DNA of 21,587 bases. Source: Chthonomonadales bacterium. GTDB taxonomy: Bacteria > Armatimonadota > Chthonomonadetes > Chthonomonadales > Chthonomonadaceae. Positions 1 to 7,882 of the stretch are shown here, in pieces. Position 1 is the first letter of the stretch. Each line of letters starts with the position of its first letter. Below the pieces are notes generated by a model. It was not told the DNA's origin, ran no database searches, and saw nothing but the letters and a program-made list of their open reading frames with translations. Made by a program: the position numbers and the translations under genes. The stretch is taken from positions 1 through 21,587 of the forward strand of contig JBBQPO010000074.1 of NCBI GenBank assembly GCA_038217285.1. The letters are read 5' to 3'.

Positions 1-3000
1 GCGTCTGCGGGGAATAGGACGAGGAGAAAACAAGATGAGTAAAATGGAAACGGTTCACCCCCGCGTCTGCGGGGAATAGGCGTCTGTCAACGTCTCGAAC
101 CCTTCCAGCTTCGGTTCACCCCCGCGTCTGCGGGGAATAGCGTCTCTGCGACGCTTCTTGTTGTGCTGCGAGCGGTTCACCCCCGCGTCTGCGGGGAATA
201 GGTGCGGGCAGCCACGGTCGATCATCCACTGTAGGGTTCACCCCCGCGTCTGCGGGGAATAGTCGAAATGTCGGCAGAGGAAATCCTGCAGGGGCGGTTC
301 ACCCCCGCGTCTGCGGGGAATAGACCCGAGCGCCGTCGTCGAGCCTGACGCCGACCGGTTCACCCCCGCGTCTGCGGGGAATAGGTTCATGTAAGAAATT
401 TTCATCTTGTTTTCTCCGGTTCACCCCCGCGTCTGCGGGGAATAGCCTGCATCGGCAGGTATGCACCATCTTCCTGACGGTTCACCCCCGCGTCTGCGGG
501 GAATAGGTTATAGATCGCATCTTTGAGTTCCCGGGCAACGGTTCACCCCCGCGTCTGCGGGGAATAGTCCTTCTGCGCGTCTACCATAGCCTGATGCTGC
601 GGTTCACCCCCGCGTCTGCGGGGAATAGTATCCTCTGCCGCCGCAGAATGTCGAGCGGCGCGGTTCACCCCCGCGTCTGCGGGGAATAGGACCACGAACG
701 CCCCTGCGGTGTAGCCTGCCGCGGTTCACCCCCGCGTCTGCGGGGAATAGTTCGTCAAGATCACGTCGCAGGCAAACGCGTTCGGTTCACCCCCGCGTCT
801 GCGGGGAATAGTCGATCATCCACTGTAGCGCGATCTTCTCCGCCGGTTCACCCCCGCGTCTGCGGGGAATAGCTTTTCGTACAGACGGGTTTCCCGAGTC
901 TGCGCGGTTCACCCCCGCGTCTGCGGGGAATAGGACAAGCCTCATGCCGGTCGAGCCGCAGCGACCGGTTCACCCCCGCGTCTGCGGGGAATAGAAAATG
1001 AATTGGAAACAGGTTTGCAGGTATGCCGGTTCACCCCCGCGTCTGCGGGGAATAGTATGACTTGAACTGCTGGCCGCGCTTGCCTCGCGGTTCACCCCCG
1101 CGTCTGCGGGGAATAGGCCGCGCTTGCCTCGCTTCGACAGGATTATCTCCGGTTCACCCCCGCGTCTGCGGGGAATAGTGCAACTGCGGAGTATTCACCG
1201 AGGGCACGGACGGTTCACCCCCGCGTCTGCGGGGAATAGAGCCTGGAAAGACAGGCACGTTCGGTCAGATTCGGTTCACCCCCGCGTCTGCGGGGAATAG
1301 TGCGATGTTGGTACGGATCGCGTTCGTGATAGCGGTTCACCCCCGCGTCTGCGGGGAATAGATGCAAACGCCCGCCTCATCGCCGCCGCGCCACGGTTCA
1401 CCCCCGCGTCTGCGGGGAATAGTTGAAGGTAGAGAATTGTTCATCGTCATTCTCCGGTTCACCCCCGCGTCTGCGGGGAATAGTTCCATAGACTGTTCGG
1501 CAGATCGTACGGACGCGGGTCACCCCCGCGTCTGCGGGGAATATGCTGACGAGTTGCCGTACAATCGCGAAGGTCGTCGGTTCACCCCCGCGTCTGCGGG
1601 GAATAGTGCAGAGTACCTAAACAAAAGAGGAGGCGTGGCGGTTCACCCCCGCGTCTGCGGGGAATAGGCGAACGGGTTCGCATGTATCACTACCACCGTC
1701 GGTTCACCCCCGCGTCTGCGGGGAATAGATGGCAAATGCAGGTTTCGGCGGTGGTCACGGCGGTTCACCCCCGCGTCTGCGGGGAATAGCGCAGTAGCTT
1801 TCTCTTGCGGTTAGGGAATTCCGGTTCACCCCCGCGTCTGCGGGGAATAGGATGATGCTCAGAACAGGCGCAAACCACCTCGACGGTTCACCCCCGCGTC
1901 TGCGGGGAATAGAGCAGAGACGGCGTAGCGCAGAGGTCGTTCTCCGGTTCACCCCCGCGTCTGCGGGGAATAGGTCGTCTCTCGCGTGGATCATTTCTCT
2001 AACTCCGGTTCACCCCCGCGTCTGCGGGGAATAGCTTTTCAAATGTGTCCCGGCACTCCGCTAAGACGGTTCACCCCCGCGTCTGCGGGGAATAGCTGGA
2101 ACGTCGCCAGGTAGTAGGTGCGGATGTCCCGGTTCACCCCCGCGTCTGCGGGGAATAGTGCGGTCGTTGAACAAGATCAAAGACCCTATCCGGTTCACCC
2201 CCGCGTCTGCGGGGAATAGCTGCGGAAAGTCCCCCGGCTGGCTCGACTATCCGGTTCACCCCCGCGTCTGCGGGGAATAGGTAGGACCGCAGAGCAGAGA
2301 TGCCTTTCAGTTCCGGTTCACCCCCGCGTCTGCGGGGAATAGGGGCGATTTCTACTTCCAGTCGTGCGCCTCGGCGGTTCACCCCCGCGTCTGCGGGGAA
2401 TAGAACGGCGAGCGGGTGACGCTGATCGACAAACGCGGTTCACCCCCGCGTCTGCGGGGAATAGGTCGCGGGTATTGCCGCGCGTCACGATGCAACCGGT
2501 TCACCCCCGCGTCTGCGGGGAATAGGGCTTGGTGTCGGAGGGAACAGCATCTCGCCGCGGTTCACCCCCGCGTCTGCGGGGAATAGTTCGAGTTCTGGGA
2601 AACACCCGACGTGATGCACGGTTCACCCCCGCGTCTGCGGGGAATAGGCTCCTAACACGCCCGAGCCCGGCACGATTGCGGGTTCACCCCCGCGTCTGCG
2701 GGGAATAGGAGAACACGATCCGGCAGATATCGTTGGTCTGCTGGTTCACCCCCGCGTCTGCGGGGAATAGTCTACCGACACGACCCAGTCCGAGGGCAGC
2801 AGCGGTTCACCCCCGCGTCTGCGGGGAATAGGATCTGATGAAAGAGAACCCGAAAGACTTCGACGGTTCACCCCCGCGTCTGCGGGGAATAGGCTGAAGG
2901 GTTTATGCACGCGTCGAATTTTGGCGGTTCACCCCCGCGTCTGCGGGGAATAGGTTTGCGGTAGAAGTTTCGTGTCGCTTGCCACGCGGTTCACCCCCGC

Positions 3001-3137
3001 GTCTGCGGGGAATAGGCAGGTCCTGGGAGATCCAAGTCTCGACGGAACGGTTCACCCCCGCGTCTGCGGGGAATAGTCGATCATAATCTGTGCTTCCACC
3101 CTCGAAGCCGGTTCACCCCCGCGTCTGCGGGGAATAG
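1..3137 (-). CRISPR. Type I-E CRISPR array, truncated at the window start: 51 full repeats plus 1 partial, 51 spacers (43 of 32 nt, 7 of 33 nt, 1 of 34 nt)
   Basis: The repeat CGGTTCACCCCCGCGTCTGCGGGGAATAG (+ strand) recurs about every 61 nt from 51 to 3109. On the minus strand it reads CTATTCCCCGCAGACGCGGGGGTGAACCG, with a CCCCGC/GCGGGG stem and an 8-nt GTGAACCG handle typical of I-E. Orientation is taken from the AT-rich leader and cas operon on the high-coordinate side and from the variable PAM-derived terminal base. Confidence 0.99.
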
Positions 3138-3200
3138 ACATAAATCTGTCTACTTTAATTATGCCGTTTGTCCTGCGTTTTAAATGGTTATATCGAGTGG
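3138..3200 (-). promoter_or_regulatory. CRISPR leader (AT-rich), probably extending into the 3' end of cas2
   Basis: AT-rich stretch between the cas2 stop (3180-3182) and the first repeat, with -10-like hexamers CATAAT and TATAAC on the minus strand. The boundary is uncertain. Confidence 0.65.
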
Positions 3201-3515
3201 TGTTTCCTCCTTTGTCTGTGTCCCTTTCGTATCGCGAGAACGCTTGGGAACGTGTACCAGCATCAACCCCTCCCAATCCATTACGGTTCGTGTAGTATCG
3301 CCGAATGCGCGCACGGAAAAACCCTGCTCTGTCTGGCTGCTGAAAATCAACATTCCCGCCCCACCTTTGGACCCCTGCACCGCCTTCTGCCACAGTTTAT
3401 CGCGCACAATGGCTGATAACTTGCCGACAAACACGCCTGCCCGTGGCTCCAGCATCCAACGGCTTAGTTCGCCTCGCAAGCTTATCGGGACCCGCTCCAG
3501 AATTAGCACGACCAT
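3180..3515 (-). CDS. cas2: Type I-E Cas2 (111 aa)
   Basis: MVVLILERVPISLRGELSRWMLEPRAGVFVG...QTEQGF...DWEGLMLV is the Cas2e signature. ATG at 3515 has AGGAGG upstream; the longer ORF-track start overlaps cas1. Confidence 0.96.
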   Translation of the reverse strand: MVVLILERVPISLRGELSRWMLEPRAGVFVGKLSAIVRDKLWQKAVQGSKGGAGMLIFSSQTEQGFSVRAFGDTTRTVMDWEGLMLVHVPKRSRDTKGTQTKEETPLDITI

Positions 3516-3544
3516 GCCGATTTTCCTCCTCTGGCGCTGACGCC

Positions 3545-4489
3545 TTAATCCTGCTCGACGTTCGGCGCTGTCTCGTCCTCGCCTTTGCCGCTTTGTTCCC
3601 ATTCGGGCGTCCAGAGTTCGGTAGGTAGAGCGGGATCGGTGTCGGGCGCAAAATCGCCTTCTTCCACGTCCTTGCCACCCAACGCTTTCTTGATGTCCGG
3701 AACAATGCGTTGCAGCAGTTTGCTCTCGCGGAAGATGTCCCGGCACCTTAAGCGTACCGCGCGCTCCAGATTGGCCGGGTTCTCGCCCGCGATTTGGAAC
3801 GCCAGCGGAATGGACACTTCCACCTTGTAGAGATCGGCTACATCGTAGACGAAGGAGAGTTGCTTGCCCGTGTGGATGAAGCCGATGGCCGGGCTGTAAC
3901 CAGTCGCCAGGATCGCCGCGTGACACAGGCCGTACAGGCAGGAGTTGGCGCACGAAAGCGCCCGATTGACCGGATCGGCGGCCCCCCAGTTGCCACGGTC
4001 ATAGTTGCGGCCTACCCATTCCACCCCGGTTTCTCGGCTCACGCGTGCATACTGTTCCCGCACACGCACTCCTTCCATGCCTCGGAGTTGTTCCACTGTT
4101 AGAAACTCTTCGACAGCCTCCTTGAAGCGCATCCGGTACATACGTTTGACGACCTCCAGGCGCAGATGCGGATCGGTTGCGAGCCGTGCCTGACGCAGGA
4201 GCGGATACGCGCTGCGAGTGCCGCCCATGCCCGACGCATAAAAGCGCACGTTCTCCTCGCCACACCAGACTATCAGACAGTTATTGTCGGCCAACGTGGT
4301 AATTGCCGCCTGCGTGACGGTGGTTCCCGGCCCGAGCATCAGAACAGCCAGGGTAGCGGCGGGTATCGGCGTAAAGCCCTGTTCATTCCACACCGCGATG
4401 CTCTTTTCGTGCCGGTCGATACGCGCATGTTCCACATAAACGCTGGATAGCCGATCTCGAATTTGAGGTAACAGATGTAAATCTTCCAT
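3545..4489 (-). CDS. cas1: Type I-E Cas1 integrase
   Basis: Motifs LMLGPGTTVT, QLRGMEGVRVR, NSCLYG and GYSPAIGFIHTGKQLSFVYDVADLYK. ATG at 4489, alternative GTG at 4495. Confidence 0.98.
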   Translation of the reverse strand: MEDLHLLPQIRDRLSSVYVEHARIDRHEKSIAVWNEQGFTPIPAATLAVLMLGPGTTVTQAAITTLADNNCLIVWCGEENVRFYASGMGGTRSAYPLLRQARLATDPHLRLEVVKRMYRMRFKEAVEEFLTVEQLRGMEGVRVREQYARVSRETGVEWVGRNYDRGNWGAADPVNRALSCANSCLYGLCHAAILATGYSPAIGFIHTGKQLSFVYDVADLYKVEVSIPLAFQIAGENPANLERAVRLRCRDIFRESKLLQRIVPDIKKALGGKDVEEGDFAPDTDPALPTELWTPEWEQSGKGEDETAPNVEQD

Positions 4490-4583
4490 ACGCACCCCCT
4501 TCTTAACGCTCGAAACCGTGCTGAACAGCGCGGCTTCGTCTATGGACTGCTCTCTTCCCTCATGGGAGGAGTGCCGGGAAAAT

Positions 4584-5270
4584 TCAGGCTCGCATCAGGG
4601 AAAGAAGTCCACATCCCCATGCCTTGCCGCGCCCAATTCCTTCGCGCAGCGTGGTGGAAAAGAGGGCTTCGTCTGTAATGAGAAGCGTACCATCGAAATC
4701 TACCATGAAGCATGTCAGCGGACTGTGCGGACGTTTGCCTTCCAGCGTAGGCTTGAATCCTTCCCTTTTGCCCTGCGGAGTCACAAGCACCGCTTCCGGC
4801 ACTATACCGAACCCACCCCTTTCCGCCGCGCGAACCAACCACTCGCGCTGCTCCTCCTCTTTGTATAGCCCCAATCGCTTTGGCGTCTGCCGGTTCCCGG
4901 ATATGTCCCGGTTCACCCGACACACCGTCGGACTGGCGCGCAGGCGGAAACGATACCGCTCGCCCGTTTCAAACGTGCGTCCATCCTCTTTCAATTGATC
5001 GGAACAGAGAACATCGGGGTGCAGATCTCTAGCTCTGGTCCAGTCCGGCTCTGCCAGAGACTGCACCAGAAAGAACACAAGGTCGGACTGCGGCGCGGCT
5101 TCCAGGCGATATAAAACACCCTGCTCGTCCTGAGTGCCCTCGCTGCTGTGTTCCGTCTCCCGCAGATCGGGAAAAGCCGACATCACGAAACGATGCTGGG
5201 CGTATAGATCGCTTGCGAGGTGGTACGTCAGCCGATGGCGGGGATTCAGGATCACTTTTGAGAGAAACAT
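4584..5270 (-). CDS. cas6e: Cas6e (CasE/Cse3) crRNA-processing endoribonuclease
   Basis: MFLSKVILNP start, HRFVMSAFP, YRFRLRASPT and the C-terminal Gly-rich loop GIGRGKAWGCGLLSL. GGAGG RBS precedes ATG 5270. Confidence 0.97.
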   Translation of the reverse strand: MFLSKVILNPRHRLTYHLASDLYAQHRFVMSAFPDLRETEHSSEGTQDEQGVLYRLEAAPQSDLVFFLVQSLAEPDWTRARDLHPDVLCSDQLKEDGRTFETGERYRFRLRASPTVCRVNRDISGNRQTPKRLGLYKEEEQREWLVRAAERGGFGIVPEAVLVTPQGKREGFKPTLEGKRPHSPLTCFMVDFDGTLLITDEALFSTTLREGIGRGKAWGCGLLSLMRA

Positions 5271-6016
5271 CGGTCTGCCTCCATGCCGCAAATTTCGCGG
5301 CTTAATCGGAACAGAAGCGCCTGCCGCAAGCCGAACCGGCGCGCCTCGAAGTCGAGCGGACGATCTGCAAGGCGCATCGGGATGCTGTCAACAGTCGCCT
5401 CCGATTCCTCTGAGCCTGGTTCAACGACGAAGGTCACGGTATCCGGCAGCGATTCGCGCGGTGCCAGTAGGGGGAACGGCGCGGTGCGTAATGCCTCCTG
5501 GAGATTGATTCCCTCCCGTATGCCGCCGCCGGGAAGCCAGGGAGGGAGGGCGAGCGGAAAGGCTTTGCGCCCAAGACTGAGCGTCCAACAGGGGTTTTTC
5601 AGACCGTCTTCCAACGCCCTTAACAGATTGAGATCGGACGATTCCACGCCGACGGTGAACCGGGCATCCGCCAGGTAGTGGCGCTGGGACAGGACAGTAT
5701 CCGCCGTTCCCTTCCCGGCCGCCCGCAGGACGTTTTGTGCGGTGTGAAAATCTGTTTCCAGGCGGAAGCCGCTTCGGGGCGAACGTTCGTTACGGACTTT
5801 TGGCACATCTACCCGAACGCCGAAACGCAGGAGGGTGTCCCAGTGGGTCAGTGTGTCCACATCGTCCCGACCAACGCCGCAGGCGGAGGCCAAGAGGCCG
5901 AAGACGCCGCTGCGGGTCGGCTCCAGAGCCGTGTCGCGGTCCTCGAAACGGCTGCGGTAGCCCCACGCCTGCATAGGACCGATGAGGCGAAAAAGCAGGG
6001 TATGACGGGCGCTCAT
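5252..6016 (-). CDS. cas5e: Cas5e (CasD) Cascade subunit
   Basis: LLFRLIGPMQAWG, PTRSGVFGLLASACG, DFHT, RHYLADARF, LSLGRKAFP. Confidence 0.97.
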   Translation of the reverse strand: MSARHTLLFRLIGPMQAWGYRSRFEDRDTALEPTRSGVFGLLASACGVGRDDVDTLTHWDTLLRFGVRVDVPKVRNERSPRSGFRLETDFHTAQNVLRAAGKGTADTVLSQRHYLADARFTVGVESSDLNLLRALEDGLKNPCWTLSLGRKAFPLALPPWLPGGGIREGINLQEALRTAPFPLLAPRESLPDTVTFVVEPGSEESEATVDSIPMRLADRPLDFEARRFGLRQALLFRLSREICGMEADRCFSQK

Positions 6017-7263
6017 GCCTGCGCCTCCCGGAACGTCTTTACAGCGGAAAGCACACCTTCGATGGCTTTGCGCATGGAGACGTTTTCCTGGGTCGGCAGA
6101 CCGGGCAGTTCCGAAAGATCCAGCATATGTGCGAGGAACGTTTTGACGCTGCCGGGATTCTGTACGTCCGTATAGAGTTCATAGCAGGCGTCGAGCCTGC
6201 CCGCCTGCTTTGCCAGCTCTCTTGCCGAATCTTCCAACAGGTTGCCGTTCCGAGTCTCCACAGGGCGGGCGAATGCGTTTACCAGCGAGGAGGGCGTTCC
6301 TGCCTGCCGCACCACGAAGAAGGCGAGAAAAGGCGGGTTGCCATGTGCGAACGAGTTCTTTTTCGCGGCGGGAACAGCCTCGCAAAACGCCTCCAGAAAG
6401 GCTTTCAAGGAAGCATCCGCATCTGCTATGGAACCGTTGAGGTTTTTGACCAGTTGCACGTCGTCCACAAGGGCATAGCGATAGTAGCAGGCGCTGTCGT
6501 AGCCGACTGTGCCCAGCATCCCCGCGCCGGCGTCGTCGCTGTCGTTCTTGTCATTCAGGTCGTCCACGGCGGTAAAGAAGTCCAGTTCCAGGTTGACGCC
6601 GTGCGTAGAAATCGCATGCGCCACCTGGCAAGCAGCGTCCACATTTAGGCCGGGATTGACCGCAATCATTCTCCCAAAAAGGGCCAGATCAGTATCGTGT
6701 CGTGCCTTGAACAGGCGTTCATTAATTTTGTCGTCCACAGAAATCTCCTTTTTGGAGTTCTTTTCGGTGGCTTCCCGTCCAATTTTTTCACCGCCTGCCT
6801 TTTGCTGTTCGATTAGCTTCTTCTTTATTGAAGCAGCCAAACGCACTTTTGCAGGCGCCAACAGTTTTTCTTTGAGATCCTCAATGCACCGTGCCGCCTC
6901 AGCCATTTCTTTTGTTCCGATAAAGACCAGAGTAGAGGCTTCCCCGCTATCCTTACCGCCGGTTTTTGCATAGTATGCGGTAATAAAAACATCAACCGCA
7001 TAGGGTAGTAGTTCAGTATCCCATTCCATCACGTTCATATTCTCGATTATTTTAGAACGTAGGCGAAGGGTCCGAAGAGCAGTTTCCACGTCTTCTGCCT
7101 TCATAAAGTGCTCACGGACGGCACGTTTCCAACACTGTGAAGATACGCGGGCGCGCGTGACGCCGCCAAACTCGCAAGTCTTGGGTGTGTTCGTGTCGTC
7201 ACGGTTCAGGCACGATGGCGGAAAGCTTTGAAGTAAATGCAATTCGATTTTCAGGCTGTTCAT
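6013..7263 (-). CDS. cas7e: Cas7e (CasC/Cse4) Cascade backbone, 416 aa
   Basis: HLLQSFPPSCLNRDDTNTPK, RARVSSQCWKRAVR, DLALFGRM, VAHAISTH, DFFTAVDD, SACYYRYA. Confidence 0.98.
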   Translation of the reverse strand: MNSLKIELHLLQSFPPSCLNRDDTNTPKTCEFGGVTRARVSSQCWKRAVREHFMKAEDVETALRTLRLRSKIIENMNVMEWDTELLPYAVDVFITAYYAKTGGKDSGEASTLVFIGTKEMAEAARCIEDLKEKLLAPAKVRLAASIKKKLIEQQKAGGEKIGREATEKNSKKEISVDDKINERLFKARHDTDLALFGRMIAVNPGLNVDAACQVAHAISTHGVNLELDFFTAVDDLNDKNDSDDAGAGMLGTVGYDSACYYRYALVDDVQLVKNLNGSIADADASLKAFLEAFCEAVPAAKKNSFAHGNPPFLAFFVVRQAGTPSSLVNAFARPVETRNGNLLEDSARELAKQAGRLDACYELYTDVQNPGSVKTFLAHMLDLSELPGLPTQENVSMRKAIEGVLSAVKTFREAQA

Positions 7264-7269
7264 GTCAGG

Positions 7270-7878
7270 TTATTCTCCTTCGTTGCGGCGAGTATTTGCA
7301 TTATCAGTTTCGTTGTCCAAGGGAATGGAGGTGCTATGGAATGGCTCGGTATAGTAGTCCCGGACGATCCATTTCTGGACATAGCGATCAGGATGGTCCC
7401 AGTCAAAAAGGTGGAGTAGAAGCAAGTTCCAATCGAGACCGATTTCCTTCGCCTCCAATAAGCTAACCAGTTGGCGTAAGTGCCCGGGCAGATGCTCCGC
7501 ATCCGACTTTAGCATTGCCATAACCCGCATTTCGAGGCTTCCTGACTGACTTTGCCGCGCCAGTTCCTGCAACGCCCGCCCCAATGATATGTTACTGGTT
7601 TGCTTGATCGACTTATGGGCATAAGAATAAAGTGAAGCTATGACCATGCACCAGAGTTCGGCCCTTTCGTTGCCAATGAAGAACTCTGTTGAGAGCGCAG
7701 TAAACATCGGGATAGTATCTACCTGGCTAAGGCGGTCTTTCATCCCGCGTCGAAGAATGGCAAGGGTAGCACGGGCGTTGCTTCCCACTGAGGTTTTGTA
7801 TTTTTCGCTGTTTTCGTGTAACGCCCACAGTCTGATGACGAGCGGGTGGGGCGAGTTGGGGCTACGTTCTGCAAGCAT
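7270..7878 (-). CDS. cse2: Cas11e (CasB/Cse2) small subunit
   Basis: Lies between cas8e and cas7; motifs ARATLAILRRG, SLGRAL, HLRQLVSLL, LDWNLLLLHLFDW and WIVRDYY. Confidence 0.92.
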   Translation of the reverse strand: MLAERSPNSPHPLVIRLWALHENSEKYKTSVGSNARATLAILRRGMKDRLSQVDTIPMFTALSTEFFIGNERAELWCMVIASLYSYAHKSIKQTSNISLGRALQELARQSQSGSLEMRVMAMLKSDAEHLPGHLRQLVSLLEAKEIGLDWNLLLLHLFDWDHPDRYVQKWIVRDYYTEPFHSTSIPLDNETDNANTRRNEGE

Positions 7879-7882
7879 AGAG

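Noticed and set aside
446-1026. Shared 10-mer GCAGGTATGC in spacers 8 and 17
   Set aside because: The flanks disagree on both sides, so this is not a true protospacer overlap.
1362-3393. ORFs within or running into the CRISPR array (1362-1667, 1755-1994, 1852-2034, 2134-2382, 3052-3393)
   Set aside because: They are translations of repeat-spacer units (recurring RFTPASAGN, HPRVCGE and IPRRRGGEP), not genes.
3516-3953. 146-aa N-terminal extension of Cas2 in the ORF track
   Set aside because: It overlaps cas1 out of frame, and a strong AGGAGG RBS marks ATG 3515 as the start.
4568-4579. 12-nt match between spacer 34 and the cas6e-cas1 gap (GGAGTGCCGGGA)
   Set aside because: It lies outside the seed with no PAM, and matches of this length are expected by chance with 51 spacers.
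4883-4918. Repeat-like fragments inside cas6e (GCGTCTGC and CGGTTCACCC, the latter preceded by ATGTCC as in spacer 35)
   Set aside because: The spacing does not fit a repeat or crRNA, there is no hairpin, and the sequence is explained by codons for RVNRDISGNRQTP.
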